Of a DNA stretch of 64,000 bases, positions 25,021 to 38,379 are shown one piece after another; within the stretch, counting starts at the first letter, position 1, and each line of letters starts with the position of its first letter. Source of the stretch: Octopus vulgaris (Eukaryota). Where the stretch lies: assembly GCA_951406725.2 (NCBI GenBank), contig OX597815.1, positions 72,726,001 through 72,790,000 of the forward strand, read 5' to 3'. The translations under genes were made by a program, and so were the position numbers. The notes under the pieces are model-generated. The model ran no database searches and had not been told where the DNA came from. It saw only the letters and a list, made by a program, of their open reading frames with translations.

Positions 25021-26026
25021 ATCTATTTTAGCTGGCTTTAGTCATTGGACTACAGCCATGCTGGGACACCACACCTTAATGGGTTTAGTTGAAAAAACAG
25101 CCCCCTGTACTTATTCTAGTGGTCACTTTTGCTGAATCACTACGTTACAGGGGACATAAATAAACCAACACAAACACATATACAATGAGCTTTTACATAG
25201 TTTCTGTACTAAATTCACTTACAAGGCACTGGTTGGCATGGTGGGGTCTATAGTAGAAAACACTTACTCAAGGTGTTAAGCAATCTTAACCACACAGCCA
25301 TGCCTAAATAGTGCACAGTGGACTCAGTTACCATCCACTGTTATTTCTTTTAAACTGGTAGTGTGTGAGGAGGGTGATTTGGCTGCTACATCTAGCAAAT
25401 CAGTTGTCAATAGGACAACAAAATCAAAAAGATATATTGTATTTCATGGCAATATAAGACATACACACACGCAAGAGGTAGTGAGCTAGTAGAATTGTTA
25501 GCATGTCAGGCGAAATGCTTAGTGGCATTTTGTCCATCCTTACATTCTGAGTTCAAATTCTGTCGAGGTTGATTTTGCCTTTCACCCTTTCAGGGCCGAT
25601 AAATCAAGTACCAGTTGAGCATTGGTGGTGGATAAAATCAATTTTCATAAAAGTCAGAAACCAATATAAGACATACACACACCACACACACACACACAAC
25701 AAAAGCACCCGCTGCCACCACAAAGAAATATAAAGCCCATTCTGGTGTCCTATATGTTAAGTCAGGCCTATATTATATGCTTTAATACGCTAAAAACTTT
25801 TTGCTTGTATGGGTTAGCTGTAATTTGGTTGAGGCAAATTTTCTATGGCTGGATGCTCTTCATGTGTCCAAGCAAGATAATATTTTCCTCCATGGCCTGA
25901 CATGTTTTCAAAGAATATGTAAACAAAGTGATGCTGACACACATCATGCAAGGACAAGGCAAGGCTGCTATTTCTAGCAAGTCAGGCATCTGATCCTTGG
26001 GCAAAGACACTAAATAAGAGACATAC

Positions 26027-26176
26027 CCTACACTCACGGAGTGGTTGGCGTTAGGAAGGGCATCCAGCTGTAGAAACACTGCCAGATCAGACTGGAGCCT
26101 GGTGCAGCCTCCTGGCTTTCCAGACCCAGGTTGAACCGTCCAACCCATGCTAGCATGGAAAACGGACGTTAAACGA

Positions 26177-26180
<4 letters not shown>
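26027..26180 (+). mobile_element. Short 5'-truncated RTE LINE 3' end
   Basis: ctacactcacggagtggttggcgttaggaagggcatccagc...cccatgctagcatggaaaacggacgttaaacgatgat is nearly the same as 55746-55890; followed by (TA)n. Confidence 0.9.
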
Positions 26181-26220
<40 letters not shown>

Positions 26221-27194
26221 TATATATATAAAAATATACCTATGTATTTGTATGTCTGTTTGTCCCCCCACCATCACTTGACAACTGATGTTGATGTGTT
26301 AATGTTCCTGTAACTTAACGGTTTGGCAAAACAGATCGGTAGAATAAGTACTAGGCTTACAAAGAATAAGTGCTGGGATAGATTTGTTTGACTAAAGGTG
26401 GTACTCCAGCATGGCTGTAGTCAAATGACTGAAAACAAATGAAAGAATATGTATATATCCAGATGTGTGTGTGCGTGTGTGTTTGTCCCCCACCACTGCT
26501 TGACAACCAGTGCCGGTGTGTTTACATCCCCATAACTCAACAGTTAGACAAAAGTGACAGATAGAATAAGTACCAGGTTTGGAGAGAGAAAAGAAGTACC
26601 TATTGGGGTCGATTCATTTGACTAAAAATCCCTCATGGTCGTGCCCCAGCATGGCCGCAGCCTAATGACTAAAACAAGTAAAAGATAATATATGCATACA
26701 GCTGGATTTCTTTCAGTTCCTATCTACCAAATTCACTCACAAGACTCTGGCCAGCAACTGGGGACGAAACCCACAGAAAAAACAAAAACAACCACATGGT
26801 TGAAAAACAAAAACTTCCTTCTTCACCACATGGGCCCCATCTGCATTTCAACAATGAATAATAAATCACCAAACTTGTCAATACACATCATCACATAGGT
26901 TTCATGTGCGTTGCCCACCTCCTACCCACACCCCACACTGCCAATACAAATCACGATTTCACCCTATCCAAGTGAAATGGATCTTGCACTAAAACCTTCT
27001 GTAAGCTTTACATCATTTCCATTACCTAATTCATTAGCTGCTCTGCTGCAAATCATGGCCTCTGTCCAGTACAATTCTGTTGCACTTTGTAGCCTCTATT
27101 AAATATGCTGCTATATAATAAGATAGGCAGACTAAATGACCTCGTAGTATTTAGTTTCGTCCATCCTTTTGTGTGTGTGTGTGCATATTTTATT

Positions 27195-27572
27195 CTTTGA
27201 CTAGTTTCAGTCATTTGACTGTGGCTATGCTGGAGCACCACCTTAAAAGATTTTAGTCAAACAAATCGACTCCATGATTTACTCTTCGTAAGCCCAGTAC
27301 TTATTCCAATGTACTCTTTTGGCAAACTGCTAAGTTATGGGGACATAAACACATCAACATCAGTTGTCAAACAATTGTGGGGGAATGAACACAGACACAC
27401 ACACACACACGACAGGCTTCTTTTAGTTTTCATCTACCAAATCCACTCACAAGGCTTTGGATGGCCCGAGGCTATTGTAGAGGTCACTTGCCCAAGGTGC
27501 TACGCAGTGGGACTGAACCTGGAAGCATGTGGTTAGGAAGAAAGCTTCTTACCACACAGCTATGCCTGCACC
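27195..27572 (-). mobile_element. tRNA-derived SINE, family B (other copies near 7481, 19485, 25035, 34208, 35320, 40910, 42065, 44367, 47135, 47882, 48236, 57705, 58483, 61500)
   Basis: Head ggc.tagctgtgtggtaagaagct..cttcc.aaccacatg.ttcc.ggttcagtcccactgc with A and B boxes; ccttgggcaagt motif; internal (TG)n; 3' part cttgacaac...taacttagc.gtt.g.caaaagag...gctccagcat.gcc.cagtcaaatgactgaaac. Confidence 0.85.
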
Positions 27573-27955
27573 TATATATGTTTACATTTTTATCTTGTAC
27601 TTGTTTTATGTCGTTGAACTGACTGTAGCCAAGGCAGAGTCACTGCCCTGAAGTATTTAGTCAAACAAATTAAAACCTGTGCAAATTTCTTTTATGTCCA
27701 ATACTTCTACTGCTAAGTTGCAGACATAAACATGTTGGGTTTCTAAACAAGTTTCTACCTACCACATCTACTCACAAGGCAGGAGTTGTAGGTATTGCAG
27801 GTTCAGTCTAATGTGCAGCATTCAAGGTGCAATGGGCATGAACTGGAAACAGCATAGTTGCAAAACTAGTTTCTTAACCACACAAACACGCCTGGTCAAT
27901 TTTCCACAAAGACTGACCTTGCTCTCATTTTCTAGGGTCGTTGATCTTTTAGTGA

Positions 27956-28280
27956 AGGCACATGGCTCAGTGGTTAGAGCATAGGATTCATAATCATGAG
28001 GTAGTGAGTTCAATTCCTGGACCAGATTGTTTGTTGTATTCTTAAGCAAGACACTTTATTTAATATTGCTCCAGTTCACTCTGCTGTAGAAATGAGTTGC
28101 AATGTCACTGGTGCCAAGCTGTATCAGCCTTTACCTTTGCCTTGGAGAGGGGAGGTTGGTATGCACGGGCAACTACTGGTCTTCCATAAACAATCTTGCC
28201 CCAACTTGTGCCTGGAAGGGAATGTTCTAGGTGCAATCCCACAGTCACTCATGACCAAGGTGGGGGTCTCTACCTTTTTA
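27956..28280 (+). mobile_element. tRNA-derived SINE, family D (other copies near 10170-10395, 42720-42998, 46900-47085, 60040-60362, 62100-62337 on -; 56735-56960, 60552-60800 on +)
   Basis: Head ggcacatggctcagtggttagagc...gagttcaattcc, then ttctt.agcaagacactttattt and ccagttcactc.gctg. Confidence 0.82.
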
Positions 28281-28288
28281 TCCTTTAA

Positions 28289-28482
28289 CCCATTAGCATT
28301 TAGACTGGCCATATCAGACCAAAATATTCTACGCTTATTGATCAAACAGATTTGGCCTCTTACACCAACTCTACAATATTATTCTTAAAATTAAGTTTCT
28401 TCATCAAAATTGTGATGTTACAAGATAATGCATGATTAATTTAAACCAATGTGTATAAAAAGCATTACTTTTGACGGAAGGG
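28289..28482. mobile_element. piggyBac-type MITE (second family)
   Basis: TTAA-CCCATT...AAGGG-TTAA; body homologous to the two copies at 43495-43904. Confidence 0.7.
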
Positions 28483-30961
28483 TTAAACACAAGGTAAGAG
28501 GTACCATTGATGTGGAAGTTAAGATGTTTACCCCTAAACCAAAGTGGTTTCAGGTCCAGTGTCCTGTGCAACACACCTAGCTAATGACATCTTTAAATAT
28601 TAAGCCAAATGAATTCACAACCTATTTCAGGTACTTAATTTATTAAGGAAGAGGATGATGATAAATAACAACATTCACCCTGACAGATTAAGATTCAGAA
28701 TTGAAGATCAGAGCTTCACTATTCCCCACAAATCTAAACATGCAGGCAAGTAATCTCAATTATTTGTGAGGTGAAGAGTACAGTTAATCTTTGGCAAGAT
28801 TTGAACCCAGAAGTTGAAGGGATGGAACTAAACAGCAGAAGGCATTTGCTCATACACACTAACTTTTCTGATGCTCCCACCTATCCCACCTGCCACACTT
28901 TAAAAACATAAACTGTAACAATAACAAATGAATGTCAATAATGATGATCATAAAACAAACAAATCATCAAAAGCCATAATTATGATAATATATAATTAAA
29001 CAAAAGAGGAGGGGAAGTGGTAATGAAATTATGAGATATTGGTGTGGGCAGTAATTACGAATGCTAAATAACTTCTAAACATTAACAAGACAGGAACAGA
29101 CGCACACAAACACACATGCAAATCGACTCACCTATATACATACATGCACATACACACACACACACAAACCTGCACGCACAATCAAAAATATTCTTGCATT
29201 ATTTATCCGTTCTCATTGTGTACAGCCTTTGTTCTTGTCCAACAGTGTACAAACCAACAAGTTTGGGAATGAATAAATAAAGAGAATTTTAGATGAACTG
29301 TAAACGAGGAAGCTGTCCACCCCATCCTGCCGCCACCACCTCCCTGCACTTCTACTGGTCTGCAACAACAACAACCAGAGTCCATCTATGTGTGGTAGAA
29401 TGGTTGGTGAAGGAAGAGGAAATTTATCTAATCAAAAATTCCCTTTGAAGGTTTTAAACAATAAAAGAAGTGGAGGAATGAGTCCTAGAAAGGTAGTAAG
29501 TATGATCTGTACACTTAACCATCCTCATCCACCCCTTGTGAACTCGTTCAACACAGCTTGTCCCACCACCACCACTATCATCATCACCAACACCATCTCC
29601 CAACTGGGTTTCTTCCACTACTTTCCAGCAGGTCCATCCCTACATTAGGAAATAAACGACAACAACAGCAACGAAAAATGAATGAATGAATAAAATAAAG
29701 AAACAGCATTTGAAAAATCTGTCTTGTTTTACTTGTTCTTTCTCACCACTGGCTATCACCACCTAATAATACACACCCAGCTACTCAACCACCAACACCA
29801 ACACCACCATCACCGATCACTGTCCCGCAAAAACAAGGTGTAAAATATGTATAATTCTGTTGTAGTCATTTGCTGCTGTTGCAAGCTCTAACAACATTAC
29901 GTGAAATGTGGCAGGTTTTTGTTTCAGATAAACACACTTTCAACTTCAATATGCGAGCTTTATGAGTGCCAGAAAAAAAAAAAGTGCTTTGCAGTATTTA
30001 GCTACAACCCTTACACTATGGTTCAAATCCACTTGAAGGGGGTTGCAATCAAACTCTCTAGGCTCATCCTAGAGTCTATTTAACTGAACAGTGATCTTAT
30101 ATTAAAAATTAGAAATTATTACTGCTATTATGTATAATCTACCCCCTCTGTTCCTATTAATCTGGCACTATTCCTTTACCCTTTCTATTATTCCCTCCCC
30201 TAACACACTCGGATAGTCTTTCCCTTAACACCTTTCACAACAATAAACCTGTTCCTCTCACCATACTTCAACCTTGCGTAAAAATCATAAATAACTTAAT
30301 TTTCCCCTCTTCATTGTGGCCTCTGTGCTGGGGCCACATACACACGCACAAAAAAAAGGGCATTAAGAAGGGCACTGAACCATAGAAACTCTACCAAAAC
30401 TGAGACACTGAAGTAAGATGTAGTCCTTGCACCCACTGGATCCTATCAGACCAATCAACCCAAACACCCACCCAGCCATGCCAGCAGGAAAAGCAGGTGT
30501 AAAAATGATGATGACGATTAAGGAAGATTTAATGCTTTGTAACTTTTTAGTTTCATCCCGCAAGAGACAAAACATTTTTTCTAATACTTAACCATTTTGA
30601 TAATCCACTGTCCTGATCTATTTATAGGCACATGGTCTGAAACTTTGGGGGAAGGGGACAGTTGATTACTTATCTTATCAAACCTGGAAGGATGAAAAGT
30701 AAAGTTGACCGTGGCAGAATTTGAACTCAGAAATTAAAGATGGATGAAGTGCTGCTAAGCATATTGCTTGGCATGGTATGATTCTGACAGCTCACCACCT
30801 TTTAACAATAATAATAATTAATTCTTTTATTGGCCATAAGAACATTAAAATGCAACAACATAAAAGACAAAAACAGGACGATACAATGGGTTTTCGCGTG
30901 TATACAATGTAAAAACAAAAAAGTGGAACAAATTAAACTCCCAATAGGGGAGCCGCTTTAA

Positions 30962-31181
30962 CCCTTTTGTTACCAACCTGGTTGAAACTGGCCCTGGCTC
31001 TGAGTACAAATGTTTTGTTTTCATAAGTTTTGAATTAAAATTTTCCACCCAACCTTAGTCACACTTTATGATCCTAACACCAGCTGAAAGATGACTAAGT
31101 TGTTTTACTACATTGTTTGTTATATTTAAAGTAATTGAAAGAAACACAGAGCATCTCAAAATAAATACAGTAACGAAAGGG
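30962..31181. mobile_element. piggyBac-type MITE
   Basis: TTAA-CCCTTTTGTTAC ... GTAACGAAAGGG-TTAA: TTAA target duplication and CCC/GGG termini. Confidence 0.85.
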
Positions 31182-31539
31182 TTAAGGTCCTCGTGGAAAA
31201 ACCAACAAAAGCCATGGGTGCCTGAACAACAGGGCAAGAGCCCTTCTCCTTTGATTCTCTTTTTACAGGTTCACACTCAGAATTGCTCCTTTCACACTGG
31301 CCATTCTTCCAACATTCACCCACCTTTCAACAAATTTGCTATGAGGCAACCCTTCCCTCTCCTCCCTCAACTTCCTTTTCAAGTGAAACTTGAAAAAGTT
31401 GATGAGGGTTCTGGCCAAAGAGAAAAGTGTCTGTCTTTAGTCTTTTCAAACGGGTCCACCATACTATCGTTTAGCCACTAGACAAATAAAAATTGCCTAC
31501 CCCTCTCTATCAAAGGATTGTGGCAGGGCAATCAATAAT

Positions 31540-32408
31540 AATCCTTTCTACTACAGGCACAAAGCCTGAAATTTTGGGGAAGGAGGATTGTTGATTACAT
31601 CAAGCCCAGTGCATAAATGGTATTTATTTAATTGACTCTGAAAGGATGAAAGGCAAAGTCAATCTTGGCAGAATTTGAACTCAGAATGTAGCAACGAACG
31701 AAATTCTGCTAAGCATTTTGCTCGTTAAGCATTCTGCCAGCTTGCCACCTTTTAACAATAATAATACTCCTTTCTACTATAGGCACAAGGCCTGAAATTT
31801 GAGGGAAAGAGGATAGTCGATTACATAAGTCCCCAGTGCATAACTGGTACTTATTTAATTGACCCCGAGAGGATGAAAGGCTGATCTTGGTGGAATTTGA
31901 ACTCAGAATGTAGCAATGGGTGAAATGCCGCTAAGCATTTTGCCCAGCATGCTAACAGTTCTGCTAGCTTGCTACAATTGGCACAATGCATGACATTTTG
32001 TGAGGGGAGGGAGAGCAAATTTCAACAATGTCAGTGTTTGACTGGTCCCAAAAAGATGAAAGACAAAGTTGATGTTGACTCACAACATAGAATGGGGTAA
32101 AAAAATAATAATAAAAAAAAGCTAAGCATTTTGTCCAATGTGTTAACAATTCTGCCAGCTCATAGTGTTTCATCATAATAACAATAATGGTTTCTAATTT
32201 TGGCACAAGGCCAGCAAATGTAGAGTAAGGGGGTAAGTTGATGTCATTGAACACAGTGCTTGACTGGTACTTATTTTATCAAGCTTGAAAGGATGAAAGG
32301 CAAAGTCAACTTTGATGGCATTTGCACTCAGAACAAAGTCAGAAGAAATATCATTAAGCATTTTGTCCGGTACTGTAAAAATCCTGCCAGTTTGTGACCT
32401 TAATAATG

Positions 32409-32444
<36 letters not shown>

Positions 32445-32670
32445 GTTGTTTCAAATTTTGGCACAAGGTCAGTGATTTTAATGGAAGGGAGTCATATTGA
32501 TTGCATTGACTCCAGTACTTGACTACTTTACTTTATCGACTTCAAAAGGATGAAAGGCAAAGTTGACCTTGGCGGGATTTGAACTCATAAAGAATCAAAA
32601 GAAATGCCGCTAAGCATTTTGCCCGACATGCTAACGATTCTGCCAGCTCACTGCTTTCCAAATAAATAAT
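31540..32670 (-). mobile_element. Head-to-tail array of five family-A SINEs
   Basis: Five units ggcacaa...aaaggatgaaagg...tttgaactc...ctaagcatttt...ttctgccagct, separated by (AAT)n. Confidence 0.88.
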
Positions 32671-34335
32671 AACAATAAAAAGTAACAACGTTTCTTTTTA
32701 AATGAAAGGCTGGAATACAACTGGATAGAAAATGCTAAAGAAATCAGCAGGCGTTGCCGATGAGAGGCAATGTTACTTCCAAAGCAAAGAAGGTATTGGA
32801 GCATGTGAAATAGTGCAGTGAAATAATTTGAACCTATACAGCATACTGAATGTTTCCGCATGGACTTGCACACATTCATTCAAATAAACAACAGTTCATT
32901 CACTTGCACATTACTACACAGAACAACTGCTGAAAAGTAGTAATAGCTGCATGTTGCAGTGGCAACTGCAGCAGCTGACATAGAGTGTTGGTGGGCGGGA
33001 CAGGAGGGCACAGATGGCCGATATGCTAATTACAGACTAATTTAAGGCATGATAATGACAGAAAAATGGCCGATGTAATGGGATAATAATTATTATAAAC
33101 ATGCGTGTATTGCTGTTACACAGATTCAAATAAAAACAAACATATGTAACTGGGATTGCAGACAAACTGTCAGGCTTAAAGAACAAAGGAAGCAGGTATC
33201 ATCATCTCAGAAGAACCGTTCTTGTGAGTTAGATTATCCAGAAAAAACCCAGTTCAGAGGGCACACCCCAACATCTTATCACCATATTTCAACAGTTTCA
33301 CATTTTGATTTTCTTATACTAGAACAACCATGTGTATGTAGAGCCATAGCACAAGATTTTTAGTAAACAAAATGACACCTTATCCACTCAGTTACTGCAC
33401 ATTCTAATTAGATTAACTTAGTAATCATAGCAAAGCAATCTTGTCTGATATCAGTGGAATATACTAGTGCAAAAGTTTGATTTCTTAATTATTTTCTATT
33501 GTTTAGTACAAGGAGACTAATTTACATGTCATTCATCATCATTATTATTATCATCATTTTATTTCAGTCTTCAATGTTGGCACGGGTTGAGTGGTTTGAA
33601 AGGATCCGAAAATTCAGAGGACTGCAGTGAGCTCCAATGTCTGCTGACATGATTACATAACATAATGATCTTCCTAATACCAGCCTCTTTGGGTGCTTTT
33701 TTCATGGCACTGGTACTAGTGAAGTCACCAAGTAACTTACAAGACAAAAAAAGACTCTTGACTGAGTGGGTCAAAACTAGATATATCAGGTATGTGCCTT
33801 TATTTGTTATATCCAATGACTCTTTCAGTTATTTCCATCTGCTTAAAAACGAAACCAGATGAAACTGGTCTACATCCTAGACTTATAGAGCTGACATAAC
33901 CTTGGATAATTCCTTGTTATTCTCCAAAATGTTTTTTTAATCAAATGATCTAACTCTTAAATTATGAATAAAAGTGATGAAACTTCAGCTATCTGTCAGT
34001 GTTACTGACTGCTAGTCATTCTGAGTCCCACATAGAGAACCAAATGTAACAACAGTGTAGATAATGAGAGGAAAAGAGGCAAGTCAGGTAGGCTAGGTGA
34101 AGGTGGCACATGACTAGCCAGCTTCAAGAAACAAAAGCCACAATAATGGTGGTGATGGCAGTTGTAGCAGCAGCAGCAGAAGTGAAAAAGGAGCCTAAAC
34201 AAGGAGATGGCACAAGGTGTGGCTGTATGGTTAAAAAGCTTGCTTCCTAACCATGTGATCTTGGGTTCAATCACACTGTGGCATCCAAGGTAACTAAAGC
34301 CTTGTAAACAGATTTTGTAAATAGCAACTGGAAGC

Positions 34336-34395
<60 letters not shown>

Positions 34396-35821
34396 AATTT
34401 GCTCTCATGTTCAGTTATAATAAAAATAATTTTACAATAATCTGATGGGTTAATCTATACTTTTGTAGAGTAAAAATTTATTATTTTTATACAAGAATGT
34501 TTTTGACAGTTATTTTGAAGTTTTGGCCAGCTAAGTCATCATCAGACTATATATAAGAATGTGTGTGTGTGTAAATGAGCACCACTGTCATACAAGCGAT
34601 GCTGTTTGTTCTTGGTCTGACCCATGCAAGCATGGAAAAGTGAATGCTAAATAATGATGGCAGTGATGATGACTTCTGTTGTTGAAGACGGCAACATTGA
34701 TAGATTTTTCAAAGTCTCTATGTGGATAACAAAGGTTTGTTGTGAGGTATCTAGGCTGCATGCAAGGAATGATCAGGCACAGAAAGTTAAGAGCAAATGA
34801 TGATCTCATCAGAATAGGAGGTGGCATTGTTGAAGATAATGGCAAGTAGGTTGCTGATGTACAGAAGGAATGCAATGGAGCACACCAGAGCTATTTGAGT
34901 TTAAAAAATCATAGGGAGCTCTATCAGAAAATGTGATAGAAGCTTCTAATCTAAGAGACAAGAGATGGACAAATCCAATATACCTTGATACAATCACTTT
35001 CACTGTTTGTACTTTTCAAACAGTTGTTACATACTCCCACAAAAGGAATGCACCAGGCACCTATATTTAAAAAATTCATTGTCTGCATGCGTGTGGGGGT
35101 AGTGGTTTATGGTATACATAATATATACAGTTTCTGTTTGCACACTAAGGTCACTGGATATGTACAAACAACAAATTAAGAACTGTCAAGTGAAACAAAA
35201 TTGATGCAAGTTTGTTGTCAACATATTTTGTCAGTTCTAAGCTGCCAAATTCCAAATTATCTTCATAGATTTTATAGCAACTTGACTGAATATTATACAG
35301 AGCTAAGCACTCAAAAAGGAGCAGGTGGGGAAGGGCTGTATGATAAGAAGTTTGCTTCCCAACCACATGGTTTCAAGTTCAGTCCCATTGCATGGAACCT
35401 TGGGCAAGTGTCTCCTGTAACCCTAGGACAACTGAAGCCTTGTGAGTGGATTTGGTAGACAGAAACTAAAAGAAGTTTATGTATGTATGTATATATACAC
35501 ATATATACACACACACACACGTGTGTGTGTGTGTGTGCACGTGCGTGTGTGTGTTAGTAGTAAATGAACATCACCATTGTGAAAGTAGTGTCCTTTGTTC
35601 CCTATCTGCCAAGACATGCATGACTGGTCATGGGACAATATTACCTTGCTTGAAAACTTGTGAGAATTGGTGACAGGAAAGCATCTGGCCAAAAGAAAAG
35701 TCTGCCTCAACAAACCTCATCCAACCCATGCAAGTGTGGAAAAGTGCGTGTTAAAAATGATAAAAGGACTTAGCACAGAGAAACCACAAATGATAGTGAG
35801 AAAAGTCAAAGCAATACTTAC

Positions 35822-35968
35822 AGACTGCTATCGGTCATTGATACAGTATCATCATTAGTTGCTTCACTGGATAGACTGTGCAGCTCACTGTCCTGGGCAG
35901 ACACAGGAGCATAGGAAATATGCTGTGGGTAATTGGTTGATTGGTTCCTATCAACATAATTGCCATAG
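35822..35968 (-). CDS. Axin: Axin coding exon (first visible; 147 nt, phase 2 to phase 2)
   Basis: Acceptor ttttgtttttag and donor CT|GTAAGT. Encodes YGNYVDRNQSTNYPQHISYAPVSAQDSELHSLSSEATNDDTVSMTDSS(L), resembling the vertebrate Axin segment YG...[28 protein letters not shown]. Splices in frame (CT+T=Leu) to the DGIP exon across an intron of about 22 kb. Confidence 0.93.
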
Positions 35969-35994
35969 CTAAAAACAAAACAAAATGAAAATAT

Positions 35995-36150
35995 TAATAA
36001 TAATGATGATGATTTCAAATTTTGGCACAAGGCCAGCAATTTTACAGGGAGTGGGTAAGTTGATTATATTCACCCCAGTACTTATTTTATCAACCATGAA
36101 AGGGATGAAAGGCAAAGCTGACCTCGACGGAATTTGAACTTAGAACATGA
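35995..36150 (-). mobile_element. Family-A SINE 3' part abutting an Axin splice acceptor
   Basis: Its tail ends about 25 nt from the AG at 35969-35970. Confidence 0.75.
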
Positions 36151-36173
36151 CAGATATTGCAAAAATCTGAAAG

Positions 36174-36342
36174 TACCGTATTTTAACATGTATAAGGAAC
36201 TCCCTGTTTTTTGGGGGCTTAAAATTTGGAAAAAAAATTTTGTAAGGGATTATAATACTATCCATGTATAAGAAACTCCTATATTTTTTTAAAACTTAAT
36301 TTCTGACAAAGAAGGGTTCCTTATACATGTTAAAATACGGTA
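36174..36342. mobile_element. Tc2/pogo-like MITE
   Basis: Perfect 27-bp inverted termini TACCGTATTTTAACATGTATAAGGAAC / GTTCCTTATACATGTTAAAATACGGTA, including the flanking TA; an internal sub-terminal repeat lies near 36262. Confidence 0.88.
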
Positions 36343-36445
36343 ATCCTTTGGCATACATACTAATGTGAAATATAATGCTTATTTATTCATGCTGTTTTGA
36401 ATTAATCATGCATTACCTCTCATTTCTACTATCATACTCCACTTA

Positions 36446-36661
36446 CAAGGGGGTACTGAAAAGTTCCCGGCTTTGGGTAAAAGGAAATATAGAGGGATCA
36501 GTTAATTATGATTTTATTGCACATATTCTCCTCTCAGATTCACACACTTATTGCAGTGATCCTTCAGTTTTCTATGCCCTGTAAAAGAACTCAGAAGGTT
36601 GGGTTTCCAAACAGGACTTTCCTGATACCCTTAAAGCCAGGAACTTTTCAGCACCCTCTCA
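36446..36661. mobile_element. Mariner-type MITE
   Basis: Imperfect TIRs gggggtactgaaaagttcccggcttt / aaagccaggaacttttcagcaccctc, flanked by TA on both sides. Confidence 0.82.
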
Positions 36662-38379
36662 TACATAGCCCCCTTATGTACTCCAATATCACCCATTCCA
36701 TAGTTCCAGCACCTTGCACATCATTCTGCTACTTTCTTGTATATTCTCTTCCAAGAACTACTCCTATATCTCTCATCTTACACCTCTACATGAAAGCACC
36801 TAACTCTCCCCACCTCATAACCCACTATCTGTATCCTCTTTTATGCTCACCTTCTTGTACCTTGAGAGTTTGTCCTAGCGGTCCATCACTACTTTATCTC
36901 CTTAATTACTCCCACTCATCTCTACATATACTGACGGAGTGGCTATGTATCTCCTTTACAGCAAGACATCTGTGCTTGTCCCTCTATCTTTACTTTAGCT
37001 TTTCAACATTAACCATAAAGCCCCCTTCCCCTCTGAAATACTCTTAAGTTAGTAGTGAGAGCTTTTCCCTTTTCTTCTCCCTGGCAACCTCACCAGTGCT
37101 GTTGGAATGAGAGAGAGAGAGAGAAAAAAAAGACAGTACACTCTGTAAAGTGGTTGGTATTAAGAAGGGCATCCAACCATAGGAACCCTGCCAAGGCTGA
37201 CATTGGAGCCCAACACAGCCTCATGGCTTGCCAAATTCTGTCAAACTGTCCAACCCATGCCAGAATGGAAAGTGGATGTGAAATGATGATGATGATGAAA
37301 ATGACTATATTGAAAATATTCCAGTTTCACTTTCGCTCAATCACTATTGTATTTCATATACTTTCTGTAGTTATTTGATCTTTTTTAACTATGTCTACTT
37401 AAAGCCCACTTATCCCTAATGTCTATAGCCTTTAAATAAACCACTTCTAATAACCTGCTGTCACTTAAATCAGCCTAGCACGAGAGAAAGAGGGAGAGTC
37501 TGACACAAACGGACGTGCACTATCTTGTAGTTTACGAAGCACTAACAATGATGTAGAATTTCAATCTCACCATCGTAGATGTAGAAATAACGTAATTATT
37601 CGTAAGCTGTACTATTTTATATTTGATTTTAATTGAAAAAAAAACAACTTAAAGACTGGGAAAAGTTGATATCAAGTTTGACTATGAAAGGGGGAAAAAA
37701 ATTTCGTGTCAAGATTTAACACTCAATTAGAGATGAAGCATACTCAAGTAAATACAGCACTTGCATGCATTTGCTGTTATTTTCACAGACCCCCCTTCCT
37801 TCGCCCAAATCCCAAAATATTTGGAAAGAAAAAGGTAAGTATAAAATATAAATTGGAGAATATGTTTCGCCCTTAAAACAGAGACAAGAAGACATTTTAA
37901 AGATGGCAGCTTTTATCAATTTCCTTTTCAGAAGCAACAACAACAAAAATGATTAGCAATAATAAGAGCTGTTTATTGATTATTACACAGTAAAATATTA
38001 GTACAAATTAGATCAAAGGCTTGACAGACTGAAGAGAAAAAAGAATAAAGCTTTAGTATTTCAAAAGAATGGCCAACACTTTTATTAAGTGGATAAAATC
38101 GTTCAACAACCTTTTAAGTTATCTTTAAAAAAAAAAATGTAACAGATGTGATTTGAAAGCCTGATCCAAGGTTTATCATATATTATATTTTTATTGTAAT
38201 GGTACAAAGACTAAAAAGAAAAAAAGCAACAATGATTTCCTGCAATGGATTGATTGACGATATTGTTTGGTATTTATCAAATCAATCTGGCTTGATTTGA
38301 GTCTGAAACAGAGATGGACAGACTTAAACACCAGCAAGACATCAGTCCAATGTTCTGCTTCTTCACTCAAATAATAGAA

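Noticed and set aside
36508-37047. 179-aa plus-strand ORF
   Set aside because: Starts inside a MITE and continues through pyrimidine-rich low-complexity sequence; no domain recognised.
38010-38019. Optimal TCF site AGATCAAAGG (AGATCAAAG also at 3441)
   Set aside because: Isolated 9-10-mers; roughly one such 9-mer is expected by chance in 64 kb of AT-rich DNA, so uninformative without conservation data.
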